DNA of 64,000 nt, from assembly GCF_009914755.1 (NCBI RefSeq), contig NC_060932.1; one strand, written 5' to 3'. This document shows positions 38,643 to 50,670 of the stretch, piece after piece. The notes under the pieces are model-generated. The model did not search any database. It saw only the letters and a program-made list of their open reading frames with translations, and was not told the origin of the DNA. A program made the position numbers and the translations under genes. Every line of letters begins with the position of its first letter. Position 1 is the first letter of the stretch. Source of the DNA: the human T2T-CHM13v2.0 reference genome, Homo sapiens.

Positions 38643-41501
38643 TCATCTCCTGCATGCCTGTGTCAGGAGCCAATCTGGATAACGACATGTCATATGTGAA
38701 TTGTGATGGTTGATCTTTCACATCCTAGACATTTAACTCTATCTGTAGCATCTTTCACTGCTTCTTGATTCTATCTGGTGTGTATTTCAAGTACCTACAC
38801 TGTTCCATTTTTAGATGATATCTAATTGATTGCCCTATGGCTCAGTTCACTCTCTTACCCAGTTTTAAAGCTTTCTACATTCATGTAGAAATTGGAGGAT
38901 TGTATGAGGTATTTGATTCTAAGGTTCTAAGGTATTTGATTCTAGGAGTTTTTTGTGAGTGTACGAGAGTCAAGATTCTTTGGGTTTTAAATATCAATCC
39001 TTATATCTTACGTCTTAGCTTCAGATACAAATTTCAATATGTATATTGATCTAACATAATGAATCTATGTCAAAAAACTGAAAAAGCATGGGCTTGGGAT
39101 GCAGGTCAAGTCACCAGAACTAAAAAGCTGTAAGTGCCCAAAATAATGGACTATCAGGTTGAGCGTGGCCTAATTAATGCTCTGACACCTGCTATACCAA
39201 ACCAAGAAGGGTGAGCCATCTCCCCGGGTCCCTGCTGCCAGCAGGCGTAAGCACTTGTATGGTGATAATAAGCAAAATGCATTGAACTTCATTAGAATAC
39301 CAAGGAAAATTCTCCAAAATGGCTCTTAATTAAATGGTCTCCCACTAAGCAGCAGTCAGAGAGTGAACACTCCCTATATTTTATTCAACTGAATGTCATG
39401 TTGACTTCAGAGCCATTTGGGGGGGTCTTTACCTAAGAACAATGCTTCCTATTTACATAGTTATTTTCATATGAGATTCGTGTAGCACTCCACAAATGTC
39501 ATCTCATTACCTCATGCAGTGAGTCAATTACAGCACTGCGGAGATAACCCAAGACTCAAAACTCCCCGTGCTTTGTGAGAACAGCTCTGTAAACATCGCA
39601 AGTGGTCTGATGTGATGCCTGTTGTAGACAGGGGAAATGAAGATTGACATAAATTCTATAACTCACGTCAGTGTGCTAACAGCACAAGAATGTGATTGTC
39701 CATTAAAGCATTCACTTTCTTATTTTTCAAGAAATGGCCATTTTCCAATTCTGGTATCAATTACCCAGAGGAAGTTATAGAACTAAATTGTCTGTTCATA
39801 TGAATACAATCTTCTGCTGTCCACATAATAACTTGCTTTATTCAAGAGTGAATACATTTGCACCTGTATTGATAAATTTGTTCTCAACCCAACAGGTAAC
39901 TTAGTGATCATATAATGCCTGAATTCAGCAAAGGTAACAGGCCCCAAATCTGGAAATTTCAATAGGTTTATTCTTTTGTGTTCAGATCCTACTGTGAGGT
40001 GATTTTGCATGTATTAAACCAAGCGTAACAGTATGGAAACAAAGTTCACCAGCTCCCTAATTTTGGATATGTAGGAAGGTATATTTGGGTTTTGCTAGTC
40101 AAATACTTGATCTTCATAATGCTCATTTCCAGAATGATTTTTTCCACATTGTAGAGTCATATTTGTCATCTAAAATTGTCTATATGTTTCATAAGAAATA
40201 AGAAAACATGATTTAATGGGTATGCATTTATATTAGAAGGATTTGTGGGGAAAAAAGGGTTTTCTTTATGACGTATTTCTTGGATAACTTCTCAGAGAAG
40301 TTTTAAAGTATCATAAGGATTATTAAGAATATTCAAGTTACAATACATTTTTGAAAAGCTGAATAACACAGTTCAGTAAGATCTTTTCTAGTTCAGAGGA
40401 CAGAAAAGGTGTAAGACAAAGACTGTATCTGAGGCACCCAAGTAATCTTTTTTTTGCGAAATGCCTTTGCTTTGGTTCCTGGCCAAATGAACTGCAGATC
40501 GTCTTTGGCTGCAGTTATTTCTGTACCTGATGACCTCTTCTATTAAAATGATGGTGGTTTAGGCTAACTCCATATGGAATTTATCTATGGGGTCACAAAA
40601 GTCCCTTTCTGGTGCCTTTAATACTAGACTCATTGTATGTTTATATGAATGATTAAAACTACTATGGAGGTAAGAAGGAAAGCCTGTTTTAATACACAGC
40701 TACAAATGTTATCACTTTCTCCCCTGCAGGAAGTGGGCTGTATTACTGCCGTAAGCGTAGTGCTAAAGAATCGTAATTTAAAAATAAATAAATAAAGCAA
40801 TGGGTTTAGAGAAGAGAATGGGTTTGAAGCATTGGTAACATTATACGGAGAAGAGTTACAAAGCCTTCTATAATTTGTTTTTCTATTTCAACAAATTCAT
40901 GATATTGTGAAAGACTTATTACAATGCTCATAATTTAAGATTACCCTCACAGTGTTATTTACATGTCAGTGCAGTTTTTTCTCTTTGCATGATTTTAGGC
41001 TGTGAAAATTTCTAGACCAACAAGTCTTAATGAAATTTCCCTTGCTTTCAATCCTGAAGAGGACGACCTAACAGTTTAGTGACTAATTTAAGTAAAAAGC
41101 AGTGGAAAAAATTAAAACAGCTACTTCCCTTCACCTATAGTTTTGAATGAGTAAATGGGGGAATGTTGCTAACACATTCAAAATTTCAGAATATTCAACA
41201 GCCAAAAAAGAAGAAAGTTGCAGAATTTAAGGAAATATCAAAATTTGTATTTTAAAAGTTTTACTGGGTAATATAAATTATGATATTTGAGTGGTATTTC
41301 CTGGAAAATCTATCTGTCATGACACATCGCACTTCAGAAAAAGGATGAATTCTAAAATATTATATTTTAGCAAAAAGCATGCTTGTTCCTCAGTCATGTG
41401 AATACAGTTATTCACACAATCCTTTTGTGAAATAATCTCAGCATTTCAGCAGGATTTTATGAATTGAATCATTATACTGCAGTTGTTTCACAGGGATCTG
41501 A

Positions 41502-41806
<305 letters not shown>

Positions 41807-43422
41807 AAAATTATTTTTACGCCGTGCTTTGAAACATGCACCTTTAAAATGGTACCTGGGTATTTTTAAATGGATTTTCCCCATCTTTATGACAGAATGA
41901 AATAGCAGAGGACATTTTAACTGCAAGGGAAGGAAGTGAAGGAATCAAAGAATGTTACCCAAAGAAACTGCAAATCAGCAGCAAACTCCTAGGGATGGGC
42001 TGGTGAGCAGAAATTAAATGGGAAAGCCAACCTGTCAGCAGAATGAATAGGTGGAGAGTGTGAATTTCAGCTGTAAGCCTTAGTTTAATTTTCTTTCCTG
42101 ATAACCTCTACCACAGGCTGTTATTTCAAAGTCACTGGGCCCACTCACCTAGATAGACACCTATTACTAAAGCAACCACCTTCTTGCAACATATTGAGTA
42201 ATTATATTCATCTTGATAACATCCTTCTTGACAATTTTATCATTGATGGAACTCTCCGCCTGTGAAGGTTATTTGTATTTTTCCCCGCTTCTGACCTTAT
42301 GTCCCATGAAAAGGGTTCTATAGAGCAAATACCATTTGTTATGTTATCTTGGGAAATGGCCACACTTCTCCTTCCAGGAACTGTGGCAAAAATTATTTTC
42401 TGCACTCCATCTATGCCTGTCATGTCTGCCTTGATGGAGTGAAAGGAACATCTACCTGCCTGCCTTAACTACGCTTATTTTCAACCCAATTTCCTGAAGG
42501 TCCAGGTACACTACATTGGGAATCTGTAGCTATCTAGCCCAGCAGTGGAATGCTAAATTTTAACCTTTAAATCATTGTTCAAATCTAACCACAGCAGATA
42601 AAGTCGAAGAGGTTTTAATGGGCCAGTGTTTTCACACTTCTCAAACACACTCCTGTGATTTGGCAGGTGCCATGAACTCAGTTTGGGGACATTTTCTCCT
42701 CACTCCCTATAACTAGTTTATGGCAAATAAACTGCAGCTCTCGTTTTATGAGCTCTCCTCTGTCTCAATCCATCTTCAGTGCCCTCTTGTACAGCAGAGC
42801 TCAGTCCTACTATCCTGAATTATGATAATGCGGGGCACACAACCTACCCTACAAATGGGACTTGCTGTATGCTGAATACCCCTGGCACCCTGGTACTCAG
42901 CCCAGGGGCTCCACCTGCTGAAAACCTGCCCCCTGTCCCTTCTGGAAACCAGCAGCCCCTGGCCTGACCTCACAGGGAAATCATGGCTACTTACCGACCT
43001 CACTCAAGTCCTCTGCAAGCCACTCCCAACAGTCAAGTCTTAAGATGTACGTTTTCTTAGTTATGAGAAAGGGAGAAACTCATTAAAGGAAATTTAAAAA
43101 CAAAAAAAGAATGTATTAAAAACAAAGTAAAACAACAAAACGAAACAAAAAACTGAGGTTCTGCTTCCCAAACACATATCCCGGTTGCTTTTCGTGGCCA
43201 GGATTTTTAAAGAGTAGACCGTCCTTGAAGCTCCTGGCTATGGTCGACCACATGGGAGTTGAAGGGGTTGATAAAAAGAAAATATCTAAGACATAATGTC
43301 TGAGTTAAGGAACAAGGAGCAGCCACATGAAGAGGGCCGGGAAGACTGTGAGCCATGGGTGAGAGCGTTTCCAAGGATTCTGCAGGCAAAGCCATGTGGG
43401 GTCCGTGAGGCTGCAGCAGACA

Positions 43423-43528
43423 AGGACTGACCAACTGTCCTGGTTTGCCGATGGTCACCATTTTATAACTGAAAAGTCCTGCAGCCTGCAAACCCCCCGA
43501 TAACGTGCAAATCAGGATGATCTCACAT
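43423..43528 (+). mobile_element. MER81/MER94-like hAT-Blackjack MITE
   Basis: tgaccaactgtcctggtttgcc...actgaaaagtcctgca...aaacccc...gcaaatcagga. Confidence 0.65.
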
Positions 43529-44457
43529 CATGCCTAATTCTAGTTCCTATTGTTTCTTATACGGGCCCTCCCTGGAATTCTCAAATTTTTAAATTTCTAC
43601 CATAGCAGTCATGAACTACTTTCTCATCATACTGTGAGGTGCTAGACAAGACTCTATGGTATTCTTCTGACTTAATTGCTTAAACACTGACCAGATTCCC
43701 AGTTTTGCCTCATTGGCAGTGGGCCAATCCCCAAGAGGTCACCTGCCTTATTTCTGCCATGGTTCCTGGAACAAAGCTCATCATGGGAAAACGTCAACTC
43801 CTGTCCAGAGGCCAATCTTCTCTGGGTGCTGTGATACTGGATACACTACACAGCTTTCTTCTCCACATCCTCTCGGAAGTTCCCAGGGCCCACTGGAATC
43901 TTCTGAGTGTCAGGGTTGCTCTCCCTTCAAGCTCCTCTTAATTCCTTAATTTGGCCAGTGTTTCAGTAATGAAATGTGAGACACCATGCTCACCCCTTGG
44001 GTGACGGCCATGAGCAAGAAATGTTCTCTGCCAATAACAAGTTCAAGGTTCATGGAGAGGTAGATAGGGAAGAAGGAATAGCAAAAACATCATAACTTTG
44101 TATAATGTGATACAGGGATGCATGGTGCATCTTATGTGAGCAGAGTGGAGAAAACAGCTGGATGGTAGGAGGACTTCCTGGAGGTGTGTTCTGGCTGTGT
44201 CAGCCTCAATATTCCAAACTTGTTTAGCTCTTGAATCTCATTCTTCTTTAACTATGTGGGGACATTAGTCCTATACTGTTCCTCTTTTTTCACTTGAGTC
44301 TGCTTCTTTCATTTTACATTTTTTTATTTTAAATATGCATCAATCAAAACAGCCCATTAGGCAGAGTGGTATTGAGGTAAAACAACGGGATTTTTCTCCT
44401 TCCATTTTTTCAAATGGGTGATCTTTCATTTTAGTATTCATTTTCTCAAAACTTATT

Positions 44458-44657
44458 CTTTCAGAGATGAGGTCTCCCTACGCTTCCCAGGCTGGAGTAC
44501 ACTGACTATTCATAGATGTGATCATAGCTCACTACAGCCCCAAATTCCTCGGCTCAAGCCATTCTCCTGCCTCAGCCTCCTGAGTAGCTTCAAGCGATTC
44601 TCCTGCCTCAGCCTCCTGAGTAGCTGGGACCACAGGTGTGCACCTCCATGCCTGGCC
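44458..44657 (-). mobile_element. FAM (fossil Alu monomer) with 36-bp internal tandem duplication
   Basis: Retains the 7SL/FAM-specific ctattca..g.tgtgatcatagc segment that dimeric Alus lack; single monomer. Confidence 0.8.
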
Positions 44658-44794
44658 AGGTCCTATTCTTTTTAACTCTTCTATTTTCTAGGTTTTCTTT
44701 TAACACTAATATCACAGTTTGCAGTTATTTTCAAAGGTCACAAATGGTTTCTTTATTGTCCATGTCATCACATACTTCAAATTCAGGGAGACTC

Positions 44795-45672
44795 TGTGAA
44801 GGAAAGTCAATCTCGGGACCCCCAAATCACTAAGCCAAAGGGAAAAGTCAAGCTGGGAACTGCTTAGGGCAAACCTGCCTCCCATCCTATTCCAAAAAAA
44901 GACAGCTTCTAAGATAAAAATTGCTACGTACCTCCCTCACGATTTGTCCACGGGAATTTCCTTGTGGACAAAAGACAGAGCTCAAAGCCTTCCTTCTGCT
45001 CTCTGAGATAAATGCGTATCTGATTGCTTCCTTTGAAAAGACTAATCAGAAACTCAAAAGAATGTAACAGCTTGTCTCCTATCTACCTATGACATGGAAG
45101 CCCCCTCCCTGCTTGAAGTTGTCCTGCCTTTCTGGACCAAACCAAAAACCAAAGTACTTCTTTTTTTTATTTTTTTTATTTTTTTGAGACGGAGTCTCGC
45201 TCTGTCGCCCAGGCTAGAGTGCAGTCGTGTGATCTTGGGTCACTGCAACCCCTGCCTCCCGGATTCAAGCGATTCTCCTGCCTCAGCCTTCCAAGTAGCT
45301 GGGGCTATCTATATGCATGTGTCACCATGCCAGGCTAATTTTTTTTGGGGGGGTATTTTTAGTAGAGACGGGGTTTCACCATATTAGCCAGGATCGTCTT
45401 GATCTCCTGACCTCATGACCTGCCCACCTCAGCCTTCCAAAGTACTAGGATTACAGCCGTGAGTCACCGCGCCCAGCCCAATGTACTTCCTAGATACATT
45501 GATTGATGTCTCATGTTTCCCTACAATGTGTAACGTCAAGCTGTGCCCAACCACCTTGGGCACATGTCATCAGGACTTCCTGAGGCTGTGTCACGGGACT
45601 GCGCGTCCTTAACCTTGGCAAAATAAACTTTCTAAATTGACCGAGACCTGTCTCAGATATTCTCGTTTCATA
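44795..45672 (+). mobile_element. MER4-group (MER4A-like) ERV1 solo LTR interrupted by an Alu
   Basis: tgtgaaggaaagtcaatctcgggacc...aagtcaagctgggaactg...aaaataaactttctaaattgaccgagacctgtctcagata; TSD actc/gctc. Confidence 0.85.
45161..45478 (-). mobile_element. AluS (Sc-like) nested in the MER4 LTR
   Basis: Full dimer; TSD caa(a/t)gtacttc (45150-45160 / 45479-45489). Confidence 0.93.
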
Positions 45673-46334
45673 GCTCTCAGCCAAATTTTCATCTTTCAGA
45701 CATTTTACTCCAAAATCCAATCTATAGCCAAGGAAACTTCTCTAAAGCACTATGAACATACAGGTTCTAGGTTCTTGTACCTTTCACAGCTTACATTAAA
45801 ATACGAAGGTATTAAAATACCACGTGATTAAGCTCCCTTTACTTATCTGTCATCTTCCCCCTTCCCCCTTATGGGAATGTTCTTAACTAACCAAGCTGGC
45901 CAACTCATCATCACTTAAGCCTGGGGTCTGAACTTCGACCACCGTGACTTATCAAATACTCATTTTTGTACATGGAATACACATACTCTTTATTTCTCGA
46001 AGTTATTTTTGTCATTTCCCTTCCTATGGAAAGCTTGCCTGTCTTCTGAAGGTTTCCCTGAGCACTGCAGTTCTACCAAAACCTCTCTCTCTGACCCTGT
46101 ACAGCCTTTATAGTCTGCACTCCTGGCATTGAAAAAACTTCATTCAGCCTACATCCATGCTTGAGAGTGAGGACTGGCCCCTGTTCACATGTGTTATTTA
46201 CACGCATATTACTGAATTTGAAAATTGTAATTAGTCGCGGATGACCAGTGACATTTGTTAAGATGTTATGTGGACTCAGTTGTTGCCTCTCCTTTATGAT
46301 TTATCTCGATACCCTAAAATAAGTTAAAGGATTT

Positions 46335-46608
46335 CATTTTTTACAGCAGTTTTAAGTTCACAGAAAAATGAAGAGGAAGATACAGAGGTTTCTCATCTGT
46401 CCCCTATCCCCCCCACCACACAGCCTTCCCCATTCTCAACATACGCCACCAAAGAGAGAGGTGCATTTGTTAGAACCTATAGACCTAGGTTGATACATCA
46501 TTATCACTCAAAGGTCAGTTTACTTCAGGATTTACCGTTGGTATTTTATGTTCTATGGGTTTAGACAAATTTATTGTGATATGTATCCCCGATATAGTAT
46601 CATACAGC
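46335..46608 (-). mobile_element. L1MC-type 3' end
   Basis: agcagttttaagttcacagaaaaatgaagagg...ttctatgggtttagacaaat...atagtatcatacag. Confidence 0.75.
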
Positions 46609-46764
46609 CTCTAGAATATTTTTACCTGGGCAATTTAATTTTAAAATAATAAACAGAGGATCATCTAGACTGGTGGCCCACCACTCTTTTGAACATGAGA
46701 AACCCTATGTATTTGCCAAATTTAATAACATTTAAAATTACCATAGGATCTACATGAAAGCCGG

Positions 46765-46985
46765 CTGTGGTTAGAGACTTGGGTTCCGGAGGGAGAATGC
46801 CTGTGTTTAATCCTGGCTTACTGCACATTAGTCAGGAGACTTTGAGGAACTTACAGAATCTCTATCTTATAAACATGGATTTTAACGGTATCTGGTTCAT
46901 GATCAATCAACAGCCTTCAACAAGGATAATGCCTTGAAGAATTCAGAGAACAGTTTTTGTTACATGAAAATCATTCAATAAATGT
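46765..46985 (+). mobile_element. MIR relic
   Basis: gtggttagagactt...gcctgtgtttaatcctggct...cattcaataaatgtt. Confidence 0.55.
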
Positions 46986-47707
46986 TTTAAAGCCAGTGCA
47001 CATGTATGCATATAGGATATGTTATTTTCAGTCTATGGACATGACAGATATGATAGATACACATAAGAATTCAATAGTTGCAGAAAATCAAAAGTACTCT
47101 GTGTCCATTTATTGGGATATTTGGTAGCAATAACTTTCAAAGACTCTTAGATTATTGTTTAGTTCATCTACTATAAACTAAGGCCTACCTCTATAGTATG
47201 AAGAATTTTAACTCTTTATCACTGAAACATCCTGCTTCTCCTATTTCTCTAAATCAGAGTCAATTACATTTGTTTATTAAAGGGAACAGAGGGACGGGAA
47301 CTTCAGAGATCTGTAGAGGAAAACAGGTCTTAAACATTATCCTACCCTGGAAGCCCCTAATATTTGGGGAGGCTACAGAATGATATAGGAATAACAGTTA
47401 ATTTCCCCCGTATTACCCAGATTTATTATCCAAACAACGTATTTCATACTTTTTTCATTTATCTGGTTTCTCTTTTATTGTTGTCTTTATCCACAGAGAA
47501 GGTATGACCCATGAAGGCAAGGACTTTATCTATTTCACTAGTACCCAGAATAATGCCCAGCACCCAACATGGGTGTCCAATGACTGAAGGACTGCATCAG
47601 TGAATGTATGTTTACACAAATTTATTAAATTTCATTCCACAAAAATCACAAAATGTAAGTAGTGACAGAGCTGTAAAGCTCTTGAAACTATGAATTCAAA
47701 AAATCAG

Positions 47708-48014
<307 letters not shown>

Positions 48015-49414
48015 TCAGAAAAAATCATTCTACTTATTTTTGATTCTAGAACAGAACCTTGCTGTAAAGGCCCTTAGAACATATAGCAAGACAAGATGAA
48101 AACAAGAGGACCACCTGGACTTAGTTATCATTGCCCTTCTCACCAAAAGTTGCATTCTGAGAAATATTTATGATGCTTTCATTTCTGCTTGATTTTAAGT
48201 GGCTACTTTACATGCTAGCAAATTAGTGTATTTGGGCATGCTCATATTTGCTTACAGAGGCAAGTTCAATACGTAAAAAATTTGGCAGCTATTAGGTATA
48301 ACATATTCCTTTGGCTTTAGGTGGAATTCTATGTCCTGTATTGTTTACTCAATTGGGGAATGTCGACGATAGCAAAACAATTGTAGTATTCAAGTGACTA
48401 TTGACTAGAGTTCAGTCAATAAGTTCAACATTATAAGGCCAAAGGCAATTAAGCAGGGACTGATATTAGTTGCTGGTTACACGATTTCCCTGGACAGTTT
48501 TAATTACTGGACATGAGAGTTCTGAAATATGTGGATTAGTTAATAACTCAAAGTAAAAAAAGGAAAGCATTACTCATTTGGCATTACAAACTGTGATAAA
48601 ATACACACACATTCTCATTCTGTAAGCCATAAACACTAAGCCATAATTTCAAAATTAGTAAACTGCTTGATATTTGTAATATCTTACATAATATGTAAAG
48701 GACCATTTTTAGTTTAAGAATAACACAGACTGCCAACCACGTTTAAAACATTGGTCCTGTCAAGACAAATAGTGATGCTTAAATGTAAGTATTCATTACC
48801 ATCTAGATCTTACATCGAACACTTAATATGTCCATAGAGAAATAAGATTATATAATTGGAAGGGTTCATCAAAATATTAAGTGAAGTTCCCAAACATGTC
48901 AAATATAAATGAATTCCCAAATCTGTGAACACTTTTGCTTTGAATACTGGGTTTTTTTTTTTTTTTTGGAATTGAACATAATATTATATGCCACAACTTT
49001 CTGCACCTTCATCTGTATTAATGTAATTAAGTAAGCCCTGGTTCTTCATCAGTATTAAACATTTTAGTCAACATGAAGAGCTGTGTCGAATGCTGTATAA
49101 AGGCTCGTTTCAAATGAGTTTTTGATGAACAACGGCTCATGGAACTTAAAGATGATGTCCCAAAACAGATAAACTGGTGAATGCATCAGAGAAAGAAGGC
49201 AAAGGTTTCTGAGGACCTCCAAAGCTCTGTTCTGCATAAAACAGGCTTGGTGTGATTCGCAAACTTTCATGCTTATGTTCTCATAAGGCAGTTGGGATAG
49301 AAAACCAGCTCAGGTGTGTGTTAGGCCTAAAGAAGTCCACCTACAGGGAAGTTTATTTTTGAGACAGGGACAGATTTAAAGATAACTGTTTTTATACAAT
49401 GGAAATGATAGAAA

Positions 49415-49586
49415 TTTTTTTTTTTTTTGGTTCTAAGGAGCAGGAAGTTTAATAGGCAAGAAGGAAGGGAGAAGACAGGAAGACAGAAGGAAGAAGCCCT
49501 CCTCCCTCTGTACGGGGGAGCATTTTCCTTCCACCTTCTCCCTTCCTTCTTACCTACTAAACTCTCTGCCCCTTAAAAAAAAAAAA
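49415..49586. repeat. Fold-back element: two head-to-head ERV1-LTR (MER50-like) 3' fragments with T14 and A12 ends
   Basis: 49434-49474 is the reverse complement of 49535-49575 (36/41 matches); cttgcctattaaact..ctgctcctta resembles an ERV1 LTR poly(A)-signal region. Confidence 0.8.
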
Positions 49587-49719
49587 TCCACCATATAAAA
49601 ACAATTCTTGCTTCTTATAACCTGAGACTGATTTAGCTTTCAACCAGGAAAATCCTAACCAATAGGGTTACTTCAATACATTTTGGCAATCCAACTCTTA
49701 AACATGTGCATACCCTCCC

Positions 49720-49720
<1 letters not shown>

Positions 49721-49758
<38 letters not shown>
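49721..49758. repeat. (AC)19 microsatellite
   Basis: Read directly from the sequence. Confidence 0.97.
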
Positions 49759-49759
<1 letters not shown>

Positions 49760-50616
49760 AATTTCACCGTCGAACGAACACGTCAGGATTATCACTGCCT
49801 TGCCATGGTCATGCTTTGTGTCTCCACTATCTATGCCTTTCATTAACTTAAAGCTTGTCCACAGTTTTGGGAAAAAATGTGCTTTGACGTAGATGTCCTG
49901 CTAGAGTTTGAGGTCTTCGCTTTCTCATTACTCAATCATTTACTTGGATGATGCCAGATTTGGAACAATTAATTCCGTGTTTCACTCTGGACCTCTCAAA
50001 GCCTGCTAAGTATGTAAAGTTAATACTCAAATGTTTTCCTTTGCTTAAAGGATAACTTTCAAAGAGTTTATTCGCAATTACACTCCTCCTTCTATACCAA
50101 CAGTACCTCTCTGTTTCTAGCAGAGTGCTTTACTTCTCTTAATACTGCATAAGAAAATTGTTTCCAAACCTTACTCATCTGAGAGTACCCACAACTCACA
50201 CCTTGTACTGATCACTCTATCATCTTTTAATGCCTGTTCTATTGTCAAGACCCAGGTTCAATGTCATCTTCTATAAAGTTTTCCCCAAATCCATCTGTGC
50301 TAATGAGAAAGTCAAAGCTGTACATCGAACACTCAGCTTATCTTCTTTTCTGTCTTATTAACTCTTCTGTGTGGATCCTTTCTTTCTAATTTAACCAATA
50401 AGAATATAAACATCAGAGCTCTTGGCATTTATTTGTTGAGATATGAAACCACAAGCCAGATAAAAATTTAGAACATTTTAAACAATGTCATCATCCGTAC
50501 ATATGATTTTTAAAAATCTCCCAGACAATTTATGAGGTGTTAATTTCTACTGTGATTCATGGAAAGCAGTGTTTCATGGTTAGTTTGTCAGGAAAGGATA
50601 TGGTGCTTGAACTCAC

Positions 50617-50670
50617 CTAAAGAATGAACAGGTCTTGCCGATGCAGAGAGTACAAGTGAGATTGACAATA
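50617..50670 (-). other. Candidate 54-nt exon (unverified)
   Basis: Minus strand: tttgtctcttgttcttgctcgcag | 54 nt | TAG/gtgagt consensus donor; lies in sequence I do not recognise as repeat. Confidence 0.35.

Noticed and set aside
42378-42468. CGKNYFLHSIYACHVC zinc-finger-like peptide after a plus-strand acceptor
   Set aside because: Short, ends in a stop, has no donor, and the spacing fits no finger class I know.
49070-49180. Protein-looking peptides (FDEQRLMELKDDVPKQ)
   Set aside because: Short frames bounded by stops, with no splice signals or recognisable homology.
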